NCBI GenBank assembly: GCA_026025075.1
Contig: JAPEUI010000101.1
Location: 1-58,820 of the forward strand
DNA from: Vezdaea acicularis
Taxonomy: Eukaryota
Direction: 5' to 3'
Length of the DNA stretch: 58,820 bases
Within the stretch, counting starts at the first letter, position 1. Each line of letters opens with the position of its first letter. The translations under genes and the position numbers were made by a program. The notes under the pieces were generated by a model. It saw only the letters and a program-made list of their open reading frames with translations, ran no database searches and was not told where the DNA came from. Positions 36,363-50,451 of this stretch are shown here, in pieces.

Positions 36363-37079
36363 CTAGAAGGATGCAGCATTCAATTCATGCGCTATTCTAC
36401 CGCCTGGACCTCGTGCGCCCATTGGATCCCTTCCAGTATGCGCCGTATCACTGCTTACAGCTGCATCAACATCCCTATACTCTTCTTCGCCTCCTTTGCC
36501 AATCCATCTACTCATCTTCTCTCTCTGAAACATGGCGAAGTCCCACTCCTCCTTCTCTAGCCGCTCTTCCCCTGCAACCCAGACATAGGTATCGCTTCGC
36601 AGCTCTTCACCCTCGACATTTCCATCACCGGTCTTTTCATCTCCGGTTTTGTCTAGCAACCTCACTCGGACCTTTTTCCTTATATACTCATCGCCCTCAA
36701 AAATGTCCAGCCGCCAAACGTCCCCCTCAGTAAGGCCACTGACAAAGGTACCACGCACGACAGAATCTTGCTGGGGTATGATAGCAGGATAGTCGCAGTC
36801 GCGGACCTTGTGGCGACCGTAACCATGGAGAACGGCGGAGCGAATAGTAAGAAGAGATGATTGCCAGGGAGGAGGATCGGGTGTCCCATGAATGACACGG
36901 TAAAGCACTTTTGGTGCCATCTATGGTAAACTTGTAAGTAATGATAACCGATCGTCTTATCTTTATGGGTTGGAATTAGGGTGGAATACCAAAGTTCCTG
37001 AGCGACGTCACTTTTAGAACCAATATGTCGGTATAAGGGCTGTTCACGCACCGTAGAAGAACGCATTGTAGTCGCCCAT
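36363..37079 (-). CDS. AIG2-like / gamma-glutamylcyclotransferase-fold protein
   Basis: FFYGTLM is assembled via an 8-nt microexon (36990-36997). Also DYPAI and LDIFEGDEY. Confidence 0.9.
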
Positions 37080-38142
37080 CCTTGATCCTCTAGGCCAGTC
37101 CCATTTACGGTTGCTTCAAGTTTTCGCTGTGACCTTGATCGCCCACAAATCTACTCTGGGAATGACGTCCTTTACCATGCGCGATGCGTATAGCTCGTAA
37201 AAGAAATTTCAAGCACCATCATCCATGATGGTCAGCGGTGCTGCAGCCCTTGTTTGGGATTGAATTGCGCTCCTCTCTAGTGATCGTATCAATAACTCTT
37301 TGATGCGGGTCGATAAGGCAACCGACATCGCTTGATACGGAGCCTCTTGGGAAGAATATCTTGACAAATCATGTCACTCTCTGCAACTCAAGATGCCCCA
37401 TGCGATAGAAAATGTTTCAGCAGTACACGTTCTAGCAATGCGATTTTTGATATAAATTTTGAGATGATCACACGCTCCTCGATCGAACAATCAGTTTTAC
37501 AATCTCCCTCATCTTGTCCCGAGCTTTCACTCGCATCCGTTTAATACCAACTCAATCCGGTTGTTTTCGCCCCCTCCTTTCTGTGCCCACATTTTGTCTG
37601 CTTTTATTGAAGAATCGGTCGGTAAACTTGCTCGACTGGGTTCTCCAGGCATACGAAACACTTCGGAGAGTGGTGCTACACCGTCTCCGTGAGATCGCGA
37701 TTCATGATATTACGCCCAACGCTATGGACTTGGGCGGCGCTGACCCCGCGCTAGGCTGGCACGTGGCTGACACCAGGCTGAGCCTCGGGTGGAGCGTTAG
37801 GCTTGTTGGTATCGCTAAAGCCCCTTTGAAACCCAAAGGGTCGCAAGGGTCGCCGAAAAAGGGTTCCCACCTTTCGCTTCGCCTGTTGCTGTGACAACGC
37901 AAGAATAAGAGAACTGTGTTTGGCGAGACTGCGATCTCACCATGTTTCCCCAAGGCGATATCGAGAAACGTCACTTGTTCCTTTAACGTACGTTGCAAAC
38001 CATGCAAAGCTGCACGTATGTCTGTGCGAGTCTATGCTATAATCTCGCAGGCTTTGACAAACGAGTAAATTTCCAATATCAGCCTTTTTGGGTTCAGGGA
38101 TACCAAGTGACGACAGTCTGAAATCGGTCGGGGAATTCAATC

Positions 38143-41100
38143 ATGGGGCCTGCACCACCCCTTCTTCCTACAAAATTCCCGTGCTGGTGTAGGGCAACTT
38201 ATTCTTGGGGTGGTGAGGTAGGATAACCTTTTACTCTCGTCCTGCTAGAGACTGATCTAACACGTTACACAGACCAAAAGGGACCTTGGCTTCATCGAGG
38301 GGGACTTAATCGAATGCCTAAATGCTGGAGACGGATCGTGGTGGATGGGAAGGTTGCGCAGGGACAAGCGAATGGTCGGATTGTTTCCTTCAAACTTTGT
38401 GGAGGTACTCGATGATGGTTTTCGACCTATGAGCAGGGCAGCAAGTCCGTTCCCGCCCAACAGCGAAAGCAATTCACGTCAAAAACATTCAAATCAAGAT
38501 TCAGGGTCCGTTCGTGCAGCTTCTCCTGCCAAATCTCCTCAGAAGGGCACGACCACATCCTTTCGAAAACCGTTTCAGGCGTATGCAAGCGGAGGCACTC
38601 CGAAGGCAGCGGTTAGAAAGCAAGAGAAGGATTTCAGAGCTTCAGAATCACCCAGCAAGTCCAATTTTAACTCAAGACCTGTATCGAGACAAACGTCATT
38701 TGAGCAGCATAGCCCGTACCCATCACGGGGACCCTCACCAGCATCACATTTATACACTTATTCGCACTCGCGGGACCCGTCGCCTACACCGCAAGTGGGT
38801 TATGATTCCTCACCGCCGCCCCCAGCGCCACCTCCACATCGATTCAAAAATCCAGATAATCGAGCCCTCTCCCCAGCTCCGCCAGTCCAGCAGATACAAG
38901 GCCATGTATCTCGAAATGCCACTCCTGCTCCAAACTCTCCGGGGATGATGGGCAATACTCCCTCACCTCTCCGAGACGCGATGGAGGATGTCATGACATC
39001 GTTACATGACATGGGCTTGTCTCGAAATGCTTCACTTCAAGATCGCGAGGGCTCACCTCTCAATCCTTGGTCGCCAGAATCATTTGAGCAAATGAGCTCT
39101 AGGCGGCCACGACTTCAGGAGCGATCAAGAACGTCACTCGGTATAGCCGGAGAAGACATCGAAACCGACAGCCAGGAAAGCTTTGTTCAAATGGGTCATG
39201 GGCAGTTTGACTTGAGCACCTCGGAACGTCAGTTGGAGGACTATGAGCAGCGCATGACTGGTAGGCTACGAAGAATGCAATCGATATCGCGACCACCCGA
39301 CGAGCTTTTCCTCCCTCCAGATCACCAGGAAGTGAGCGCAGGCCTTCCGCCACCAGTTCCACCAAAGAATTCGAAATTTGCGAGACCACATTCCGCACTA
39401 AGCAGAGGCCGACCTGAAGGTGAGAGTACAGACTCAGTAAAATCGGCAAGACGCCTGCGGAATCGGAAGTCAGCGTACGAGCTTGGTCGAGAGATGCTAG
39501 GTCGCACCTTCACTATCCGCTCGAGTGTCACAACGGCTTCATCAACTGCACAGAGTACGAGTACGAACCAAAGCAATAGCACTGGAATAACAAGCCAAAG
39601 TTTGATGAGCACTTCTTCGGCCGGGGGTGTTAGTGCTACGAGTGCCGGTAGCCTCGCAAGGAAAAGAGCTCAGACTGCGCCGAGGCCAATGAGCGTGATG
39701 GAGACGGGTAGGCATGGCTTTCGAAGTATGGGAAGTGACACCAGCGGCTCTAGCAGGCAGAGACCCCAAACGCCTTTGACCGGCGTCACATATCATTCTA
39801 GCCATGGTTCTCAGAGTGCCGCATCACCCTACGGGAACTGGACCAATGGAAGCGCTGCTGAGAGTGGAGAAGGTCAAGGGGCGCTTGCACCATCGAAACT
39901 GAAAAAGAGGCGTTTCTTCGAGAAGATCATCGAGTCAGGCAAAACAGCAGCTGCTAGCGCCCGAAGCAATCTTGCGGCTGGACAGGCCGTGTCTAGATCT
40001 AATCCAGTCAAGAGTATGATTCCGAATGGTGTAACTTCCATAGCGGGTGGAAGCGCGGCTAGAGACATGGGCCTTGGAGGAAGTGGGAGCGGCACGATTG
40101 ACTGGGTCCAAGTACGAAGAGATGTCAATCGCTCAAACTCGCTCAGCCAAAATGAGAGGATTGATCGTCGAGAGAGATGCCATATGGTGGACTACCCAGT
40201 CATCAGCCCAGTCGACGCACTCTTTGGTTCAATTGACGGCGACGAAAGTGCCAACGGACAAGCTGTCGAAGAGCCGACAAACTTTCAGGCGGTGAACTTC
40301 AATCTTGTTGATAAGAGTGCGAGGTTTATCAATAGCCTGCCACCGATGACTACCGCCGTCAGCCTAGCTCAGGGCTATGTCTGCCGTCCGTATCGAAGCG
40401 ATGTTCAGCGACTGCGAGCCATATTTATATGGGTTAGCGAGAAGATTGTCTGGGAAGAAGATTTCGAGGGGGGAGCCGACTCCTATCGAACGATTCAAAG
40501 TAAACGTGGCTGTGCAAAGGAAGTGGCCGTTCTAGTAAAGGAAATGTGTGGCGCCGTAGGTATCCATGCGGAGGTCGTACGTGGTTATCTCAAGTCTCCT
40601 GGAGAGCCTCTTGAGCTTGATAATATCAATCGTCCCAACCACTGGTGGAACTCTGTAGTTGTTGACGGTGAATGGCGAGTCATGGATTGCTCACTCGCAA
40701 ACCCCACAAACCCACGCCGCAGTCAGTATTCGAGTGCAGGGTCTCAGATCGCTGAAGGATGGTATTTCCTCACGAGGCCAACAGAGGCATGTTATTCTCA
40801 TGTCCCAATCGCATTCGAGCAGCAGCATCTATGTCCGCCTTTACCATATGATATCTTAATGGCACTGCCTTGCGCTTGCCCGCCTTACTTCAAGAACGGG
40901 CTGCACGTGTTTGATTATGACACAAGTCTGGTACGATTGGAAGAGCTGGAGATTGCGCATGTCCATGTCTCAGTTCCGGCAGACGTCGAGTGTGTGGCCG
41001 AAGTAGAAACCAAAGCATTCCAGCGTGATGCAGATGGCGATTTCTTTGAAAGTGGTGAAGTGGTGAGGAAGCCTGCCTTAGCGCAGGCAGAGTGGGTTGG

Positions 41101-41822
41101 CGGAGTGAAGCGGTACACTGTGAAGGCATTGCTCCCTGGCGATGAAGGTTATGGGGTGTTGAAGGTGTACGCTGGGAAACGGGGGCTTATGGTATGTATC
41201 TCCTCCTCGGGCGCCTCTGTGGGAATAATCTGGATATCTATTGACATTGACCTTCTAGCATTCTATAAAAGACAATCCACACCCTCTAGCATTCGCTCTT
41301 CCTCTGCTACACACTGGCACTAACCCGGCGTACTCTTTCTTCACTCGGCATCCTACACCGCATGCCCAACGTCATGATCTATACGTCTCACAACCACAGT
41401 GTGCGAGACTAGCTTTAAACAACACCTTCGTCTTCGCTGTCCGGCAACACCCATCTTCTGCATCCTCATCCGGGGCACAGAATGGCTCAACCTCTCCCAT
41501 TCCTTCAATTGCACGTCCAAGCTCGGCAATGTCGATGACAAGCTCACAAGCAAGTAGCAGCCAGCCAAGCACCACTTCAACCACATACGCTCAAAAGAAA
41601 CCAGCCAAGTTGGCAATTCAAGCACCATCGGGGAAGATACTAAGACTGATGCGCAAGAGCGAGCATACGACCAGCAACAGTGGCCATGAAGGGGCTGAAG
41701 TTGGAGACGGAGGGTTGTGGGAGACAATCATCAAAGTCGGAGAAAGAGGCGTTTGGAGGGGTTTGGTGCTCGCGGATAGGAGCGCAAGGTGGTGCGTATT
41801 CGCTGAGTGGACCTGCGCGTAA
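38143..41822 (+). CDS. CYK3: Cytokinesis protein Cyk3 (SH3 + transglutaminase-like)
   Basis: N-terminal SH3 (DLGFIEGD...WWMG...GLFPSNFV) and TGc-like RAIFIWV...VRGYLK...HWWNSV. Two introns. Confidence 0.92.
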
Positions 41823-42182
41823 ACTATCACCGTTTGATAAATCAGGTTCACGAACTGAAGCTTTTCGCCGTCGGAGAGTCGATTTGATGGTTCTGCATTA
41901 GAGATGCATCCGTGGCGCTTTGGGACGATACGATGCATTGCTGGTCACCGAGCAAGGCGTCTGAAGAGATCTTAGGTTGTTTATGGACGGATACATGCGG
42001 TCTCTGGATTATCCTTTGTGCATTAGCATACGGCCCTAATATCATGAGCTAATGAAAACATCAGTCTTGTACTATTTGAACTCCAGTAATGCTCGTGATG
42101 CACAGTCTATGTGGTAAGAAGGTGATCATGCCTTCGCTGTACACGCACTTTTCAAAAAGCATACCGCCCAGCGTTGCTCCAA

Positions 42183-44271
42183 TCACTTGAGCAACAAAAT
42201 ATCCCACAGCCTATTCGTTTCCACATAAGCGTGGTCAATAACATTTACAAGCCAACATTGCTCGCGAACCTCCCCTAGTAATTTCGCCGTCCGTGATCGT
42301 GGGTGGTAGACGTCCTGCCATTCTTTCCATATACCAAAGGCTTCGTCGAGCCATGCGCGGAACGAAACTTCCTCGATTATGGTAGGAGTTATGATCCTGG
42401 ACCTGTCAGTATCTTCATGAACTGATGGAAATAAGTCTTACTCTTTCCCGGGGAAGGCCCCCCAGGTTACTGCATTAACAGCACTGATGTCGTTAGACTC
42501 TAGCTCACCCTTACAATTTCCGGCGTAGTAGCTGACGTCCTCTATCTCCCTCAGCTTGTCCCTTAGCTTGAACCAATCTTGCTCGGGCAAGAAAAGCTCA
42601 ACGAATGCTTTCTGGAAGACGAAGCCGCCTTGTGGGCCCCACCCAAAGGTCTGATCGCTACTTCTGACTCCATTGACAGCAGGCTGAGATGCTACAGTCC
42701 ACCAGCTACGCTTGTTCAGTGCGAGCAGCTGGTAACGTATCACATTGGTTTCTTCCCGGAGGTCTTCCTCGCTCCAGGGAATTGCAGATAGAGTGCCCTC
42801 AACATACTTAACGAATATTTCCGTAATGCCTTCCCTCGTAGTCGGATGGCCCCATAGCTTGATGGCTTGGCTCACTGACATGTGTAAAGAAACGCCGTAT
42901 CCATCAATCTCACCGTATGCGGGAGATCTCGCGTCACCCCATCGTCCGTTAGGGTAATCGTCCCAAGTTGCTTCTCGGCCAAGCGCGCCCTCCCCCTCTG
43001 ATATTGCGAGGGTGTTGGCGCGTGTATTAACTTTCTCACGTGGGAAGCCCGCCTCATCCGCCGGAGCCTCAAAATCTTTGTTCGAGGTGCTTGATGCCGA
43101 GTCTACCACTAACCTGTTATGCGGGTCTGATGCGACCGAAGACTGGCGCCGCAGCTTGTCGCCATGTTGGTCAGCCTGACGGGGCACAAGTAGGAAGTCG
43201 TCCGTCTCCTCCATATCGATTGCAGATTCAGAAACACAACCGTTTGGCGTAGAGGGTGGTATCAGGTGACAGCGTTCTAAAATGAACGCCACGGCTTTCT
43301 CGAGGTTGAGAGTGTAGAAGTGGAACCCACGTGGCCGAGGAGATGGCTTTGATTTGATCTCTTCCACGATCTCACAAAGGATATCAACGCCAACCCGCTT
43401 CACAGCTTCATCGTCATTTTTGAACTTATCTAGACGCTTTTCAATATCAGGAGGAACTTTCGCGTGGCTAAGTTTTGTCGTCCGTTTGAGAGTGGAGTAG
43501 CTCTGTACTGGCATTAAACCTGGGATTATTGGTATTTCTTTGAAAATGCCGCTATCATGGTTCCTTAGTAAGGTCTCATATTCGTCGAAGGCTCGAACGT
43601 CAAAGAAAAGCTGTGTGAGGATAAAGTCTGCTCCTGCTTTCACCTTCTCTATTAAATATGGCAGATCATGCCGTAGATCCTGAATGTCTGGCACAGCTTC
43701 ATCTGCGTGTCCTTCAGGGTAACCTGCAACGCCGATGCAGAAATAGTCGTTGTGTTCCTTCCGTACGTACCGTACGAGATCAGCGGCCCAGACAAACTCC
43801 TCATTTTCCCTTGATTCCTCCGGGGTGGTGTCTTCGTCCCGATATTCTTCGCTACGCTGCGGATCTCCCCTTAAAGCTAGTATGTTTCGTATACCCAATG
43901 CTTTTGCTTCGCTCAAGGCCTTGTCGATCAGCGATCGATTCATGTTGGTGCATGTTAAATGTAGGCAGGTCGTAAGCCCTAACTGTCTTTGGCATGTCTC
44001 AGCGAGTTCGAGAGACTTCGCCGCAGTACTGCCTCCTGCTCCCCATGTAACATTGACGAAAAGCGGCCTCAATGCTCTGGACATCCGTTCTAAACGTGTT
44101 TGAAGATTTGAAGAGCCCTGAGATATGGTCAGCACATAAGCCGGAATATGTGATGTGACCCGGCCGGTCGAGGGGTGAGCAAACCATTGAGGTCTTAGGT
44201 GGAAAAAACTCCAACGAGAAGAAGGTCGCACCTGGCGGCAACGCCGCAATCTTGTCCGTTATTTTTTCCAT
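42183..44271 (-). CDS. MET12: Methylenetetrahydrofolate reductase (Met12/MetF-type paralogue)
   Basis: SLEFFPPKT, VTWGAGG, HLTCTN, ALRGD, GYPEGH, TQLFF, WDDYPNGRWGD, FQKAFVE. Two introns. The paralogue assignment is less sure than the family. Confidence 0.9.
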
Positions 44272-44594
44272 AATTTGTACGTAAAGATTGTGTAGCTTCT
44301 ACGTTGAAAGAGCTCAAGAATCAGTGGCGGGGCAAATGGTACGCCAAAGCGTTCGCGTGTTTCGCGTGGATTAGCCCGTGATAGAATATTCATGATAGGT
44401 CTTCTGTCTTGAGTTTTGATTTGGCCACTATGTCGACAGATTGGACATGACCTTATGACGGGGTCACTAATGACACGATCGATGGATAACAGCGCTAGAT
44501 GCGCTAAACGCCTGCAAAGATTGCCCTGAATATACATGTACGGTCACAATTGATGCATTGCGCACGACCCAAGCCCCTTCAACACTTTTGACAC

Positions 44595-45283
44595 TCAAAC
44601 GTATCCCTTCCTAGCCCCTTGGAAAAAGAATCGTACGACGAACACCTGAAGACCCGCCATCGCGACCATCATCGCAGACTCTACTACTGAAAAATTAAAT
44701 ATGCGTCGCTCCGTACTCCGGACAGTGCTAAAGTTACGATTTTCCCTTGTGCGGAAATACTTCTGATTCCGGTTAATTGTGCTAAGCTGACCGGAAAGCT
44801 TGAAGATTGACTCCTCGAGAGCTGTTGTCTGTTCCGGAGATGTCCCTTGCTTGGAAGGTAGCGTCGCACGAGACTCGTTCTCAACCTAACAAGGGGGGAA
44901 GTTAGCCTCCATGGAATGAAGTATAATAAGGCTATCCTTACAGCGATCTCAAAGTCTACAAGCTTCTCCGCGAACGTGCTCATTTCATTGTTAAAGCAGA
45001 ATCGATATTCGCCAGTCCTCTCAGCGGTGAAGACGAAGTCCGCTTGCCGTTCTTTTGTGCCTTCCATTATAGGCTTGTCATTGGGGCCGTAGACCGAGTA
45101 ATCGACGTCGAAAGAACCCCCGGACTGGACTGCGAAATAGAATGCAACTTTTGCCCCTTCCTTATCCACCCATGCGTAGAAGCATGCTTTCTCGTTCGCT
45201 GCGAGTTTATAGGTGAGAGCAGTAGAGGTGACGAGGGGGAGGAAAGCTAGCAGTGTGGAGGTGATGAGTGTAGGAAGATGCAT
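44595..45283 (-). CDS. p24/emp24/gp25L family cargo receptor (Erp-type)
   Basis: Signal peptide, GOLD domain (ACFY, AVQSGGSFDVDY, YRFCFNN), TM segment and RFFF tail. One intron. Confidence 0.92.
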
Positions 45284-46001
45284 ATTGGGCGGTGGCAAAG
45301 CAATTCAATGTTGAGGGATTGCTTTCCGTGAGCAGTGTCGTATGGTGAGGTAACAGGACTCTCACGTGGAAGCAGAATATTTTCGGGACCAATACAATAT
45401 TTCGACGTGGTCTGTGAAAAGGGAACGTTTTTCGCGATCTCAGGGATTACAGGGGCGGGACCGCGATTGGCTGCTAGGCGAGCGCAATTGGAGCTCATGA
45501 GCAAATCCATGAAATTTTGATTTTCTTCACAACAGAAACCTCCGAGCCATATTATAGTGGCTACGAGCAACGTTATGCGTCCTGCTCCTTACGCTTGTTC
45601 AAAAGGAGGTTTCGAGAGTAAGAACCCGTCGTTAATCGCGCATGTGACCTTTTCAGTAGGGAATATGCGTTTCATATCAGGGCTACATAATGCTAGGGAA
45701 GCTAGCAAAGCGATTTCAGAATCTGTGATCTCTCTGAGCGGATGGGGATGAAGTTCAAAAGTAGTGCGAGAGGTTCAGAAATCATTCCATTTCGAATTCT
45801 ATCCTACGGTCTTCAGTCGCAGAAATCAAGCTCGATGACCCTACCCGCCCATTTCTAACTAAAACAAATAGCAAGGCTTTTCCTTGCTGTGCTATCTTTA
45901 TAGCGGTTGAAAGTTTAGCTGTCATGGTGATATACAAATGATATTTGGCATGGTACATAACTTCAACGGTGCAGGTAGGCTTCTCGTGCTGGTTTGCCCA
46001 T

Positions 46002-46773
46002 TTACCGCCTTCCCTTTTTACCGGCCTTTGATGAAGATACGGTACCCCCACCCCTATGATCCAATGTTCCTCTCTTTTGCTGTAAGTACTGACGCACAAC
46101 ACCCTCCACACTACCCATATCGTGCTTTTTCTTCCTCAAATAGTATAACCTTGCTCGCCTCGCCCTTTTCTTCCTTCTTTGTACAACCTCTATACCCTCT
46201 ACGTTCGGCGAATAGATTTTGTACCACATCTCCACACCCATACGGGTTAGTTGATTCCGCAACAGAATACCGCTATCTACGCCTCGTCTCCGAATATTGA
46301 TGCAAACCCCGGAGAACGGGTCTCCATTCTTTTGCCGCACGAGCAGTATATCTCCAACACAGATTCGGTCAAGGTGATCGCGAGATATGAGCTTGCTTCG
46401 AATACCAGTGGGATCGAGAAGGGCTATTTGAGAGGCGGAGACAGCAGCGACAGGATCTTTTCCAACGACGCGAGCGGAAGGAGGGGGGGCGATGGCTTTG
46501 ATGAGTTTGCCGTGAGCTATGAACGGGTTAGACAGTGCTAAAGCGAGAGATGATATTCCTATCAACATCCTTTCGAGTTTCAATGGGGGAGTCTTTACAG
46601 CTTGGTCTGATATTCCTGGTAGTCCAATGCCGCTTTGGTACGAGTGCTTCGTCTAATCTCTCGGGCTCGTGAGACGTAGATGACCTCCTGCTCAATATCC
46701 GGAGACCGTAGAAAGGTCGATGTAAGGTTCTCCAGCAATTCAAAGGTCTAGCTGCCTTCGATAATAAAGCCAT
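46002..46773 (-). CDS. IMG1: Mitochondrial ribosomal protein bL19m
   Basis: FSGVCINIRRRG, LRNQL..GVEMWYKIYSP, RARRARLYYLR. Mitochondrial leader. One intron. Confidence 0.9.
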
Positions 46774-46945
46774 TGTAGTATGCTCAGGAAGGTCGTCTGT
46801 AGACTTGACAAGAGAGCTTCACTTCCTCGCTAAATCTTGACTAATCATAACTCGTCAGTTTTGCCTGCTCTCGATTTTCTGTTTCCCTTAATTAAGTACT
46901 TCATCAACTCTTGGTCTAAGACTCTCTGAGTATCTACAGATCTAC

Positions 46946-48142
46946 ATGTCAAGAATGAGGTTCGCAGCTCGGTGGCGTTGCCCGCGCTGCGTTGCTCCTC
47001 CTGCTTGGCAAGAGCCTCCATCCGCGGCGTTGAAAGTTTTCTTTAGTAGCTCCTCAAAAACTCGAAAGCATGGTCAATCACCCGCAAGCTTATTTCTAAC
47101 CACTGAAACTGACCATTGAGATATAGGCTCTGTGACTGCTTTTCCTCATGAACCTTCAAGGCCAGAGATGGCTGCCTTGCTCTCTGATGTCCGGACCAAT
47201 ATCCTAATGCCCTCGCATCTACTACGCAGCCAGCAGAACCTTATGTATAGACAACGTTACAAGGCGGAAGTAGAGCGCAATCCCCCAACAGTCAGTATCA
47301 AAGGGGAACGCTTTACTCTCGGCCACGTCGATCGATTGAAGGACGTCGTAAGTTCAAGGAAAGCCTACAACAAATTCATTGAGCTTGCGCAAGGCCATGA
47401 TTGGGACAACCTGCCTGCGCTTTTGGAAGGCTTCAACATTGCGAAACGGAAGCTGTATGCGCACGAAGATAGAATGGCCAAGACAGCACGGCTGGCAGCT
47501 GCAGCTGGAAGGCCAGAAATAATGCTGGAATGCGCTAAGATAAGGAAGACCGGGTTCAACCTAAACCATACCCTGGTGGTCCGAGAGGTAATATGGGGCT
47601 TCCACCTCAAGGCTCTGAAGTCTGAGTGGGACGAGGCTACAACGCGAAAAGCCCTTAGCAATGCGGAGCATGTAGTGTTTGGCCTGGGGCATGAGAGGAT
47701 CACCCCCCGTCAACGTTTTATTAGATCAGGGCCTGAGATGGTTGGGGTAGTACTAGAGCTTGCTGCCGCCCTGGCTGTCAAGCACGAGGATAACAAGGAT
47801 AGTGAAGGAAAAGTGCTCCGATATGCCGAGATGCTAAGGGACAACATACGAGAGTTTAAAGTCCCTTCCGCAATAGGAGATAAAACATGGCGTGTCGATA
47901 ATGTCCTCCTCTTGTGTAGCGTGCCATTCCTAAATGGTTTAAGGCTTGCCTCACGCATATTGGACGAGGAGAGTAATATAGGAGCTTGGGTGAAGGCCGA
48001 AGTAGCTTCTACCGAGTCAATAGTAGAAGCTGCGAGGCAAGCTGTGGAGAAGGTCTATAAAGATCGGGGCGGTCCAAAACCTAGGGGTCTCACCTTCTAC
48101 GAGGAGACACTATCCTTATACAAGTCGGATCAAGATAAGTAG
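46946..48142 (+). CDS. Hypothetical protein, probably mitochondrial and helical
   Basis: Arg-rich leader exon (MSRMRFAARW...), intron ~47073-47126, then a 336-codon ORF. Divergent from IMG1. Confidence 0.7.
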
Positions 48143-48201
48143 AGCCTTCGGCACTTGATTATAACTACACAACACATCTCGAACAAGTCGACAAAATCCT
48201 T

Positions 48202-50121
48202 TCATACGTAGGCTAGAGTGCCATCACCTCTAAATGTCGCTAGAAGGCCTAAATTAGCTTCACCCCCAACGACAGCAGGCCCTGTTGCCACCAGTTCTCC
48301 CTCCGGATCTCTACCATCCAAATTCCTATGGGATGGCGTATCAACGAGTCTCAACTCCAAACAACTAAGAGGGCCGCCAAAATGCGAACTTTTCTGTTTA
48401 GATGGCGACACAATTCTGTAATCGAAGATCTTTGTTTGGCAGACAGCCCCTGCGACTTTCGAGGCGCTGAGAGCGTAAATCACTCTTGCGCCAGTGAAGA
48501 TCCGAAGATCGGAAAGTTCTTGGGACGTGATAGGGGGTGACTCTGTATGTACTCTCTGCGGAATGTAGAGTAGGCGTAGCTTTCCAGGCACATTTCCAAT
48601 TATGGGTTTCAGGTGATTACTCATTCTTGATATGGGCGTGCTCTCTGGCATTCGCCCTTCTGACAGGGTTCGTGTCTGAACTGCATGCACAACCTTATAT
48701 CCCAGATTTTTCATCTGTGATACAGTCTTGCTGTGGGCTTTTAGTGCTGTCTCAGGGGACATTACTACGATCGTTGGGGCCACGTTTCTAGTAGCCAGTG
48801 TTAGATCTACCCCAGGCCCAGCTACCGAATTCAGCGCAATGGAGGCATGTGAATATAAAGCAGCCAATGTCAGAACGAGAGGGTAGATTGAGGAAAGTGA
48901 ATCGACGGGCAAGAGAAGGTCTGATGGGCCGATACGTAGCGATTTTCTCGGAATAGTAGAGATCTGACTAGCGATTGCAGACACGATGTTCTGGACTCAT
49001 TAGCTCATCTTACCTGTTTGAGGACATTGAACCTACTCGTTGGGAGAACTGGACGGCTTCGCCCACCTCATCGTGCTTGCTTTGCCATATGAAGACAACA
49101 CCTTCCAGATCAGGGCCCTTTTCGATGAAGGGCAAGTCCTTGCCTACTTCAGCTCTCTTATCATCAATGATATCTTGCCAAACCGAGACCCCGAACTTCC
49201 CTCCAATACCCTCAGGGACCTCATTCCAGTCCATGTGCTGGCTACCCTTATCCACAACCCAAATTATTTGCATGAGGGCAGGATACCCATATACTAGCTC
49301 TGAAAGAGGAATTGAACCTGCTGCAGCGATCAAGAAGTCCGGCTTGGTCATCTGTAATTGGTTCACTAGAGTTTTAGAGGACTGGTTGAACGGAAGTATA
49401 ATGGGAGTCAAGCCATAGAAAGCCGAAGCTTAACGTGGTATTGCGTAAGTAGTGTACAAGTGTTCATGTCAATGGAATACCCACCAAAGATGGTCGTCAG
49501 AAGCTCTACCGAATTAGGCAAATAGATAGCGACTCGCTTTGATCTGTGTCGCTGAAAGTATTGCCCCATTGCATTGATTTCATACGATAGGTCCTCTGAA
49601 CTTGTCAGTCAGCACGGCCAGAGGGCTCACGTGAAGTACGCCACCAACGTCTAGTTGGATATTGATCAAGTCTTACCAATGCTATGTTCAATCACCTCCT
49701 CTTTGCCTAGCACCGTAAACATACGCGCCGGCTTCTCCATTGTCGGCCCATCGACCTCCACATGCCCTTTGGCAGCGCGTTTCCAAACATCGCGGAGATC
49801 TCCATCTCTTCCACTGACCCACCTAGAAACTCCTGGATCCTTGATATCCAGACCCGAAGTTAAAGGATGTCCATGGAGGATTTCCTGAGAGCGATATATG
49901 GCCGATTCGCCTTCTTTCCTAGTTCGAGAAACATTGGCTTGCCGCGCAAGAAGCAATGGATGTGTATCTGGAGGCTCTGCACTCAGCCATGGATATATGA
50001 TTATTGTTGCAACAACAAGTGCAAGGATGATTGTCCAGATGTCCCACGGAGATACGAGTTTTGTGATGAACTCATCAATCTTTTCAATGACGATGTCTCC
50101 TGACGCTTTATTCATTATCAT
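48202..50121 (-). CDS. Acyl-CoA synthetase (ANL)-like protein with N-terminal TM segment, degenerate
   Basis: N-terminal TM, ESAIYRS, AIYLPNSVELL..FGGPLSCLELRL...GEL..TGPAV. Several introns. No recognisable SGTTG.PKG loop. Confidence 0.75.
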
Positions 50122-50451
50122 ACTGGTAGTGGGGCCAACCAACAAGAATGAAGTTTAATGGTGGCGCGGACCTGACGCCGGCGCAGGGGATCCACGGAAT
50201 ATACCGGTGCCTGGTCTACTGTAGTGGAACCGAACGCGATCGACGTTTCCAGTCCATCACGCGTAAGGGATCTTCAATACCACGACCATGCAGTAGCAGC
50301 TACTGCCCAAACTTCTAATCTAGCAGGTATCTGGGTAAGTAAGGTAAGCAAGGTGGAGTGTCTTCAGAAACACGGTAAGCCCTCAAGCCATTTTATTCAG
50401 CTTGCCCCAACCTTGAATCTGACTTGGCATATTATAGCTCCTCTGAATACA

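Noticed and set aside
37514..38140. ORFs upstream of CYK3, and the many antisense ORFs overlapping identified genes
   Set aside because: No recognisable domains. They are best explained as UTR/promoter sequence or shadow frames of real genes.
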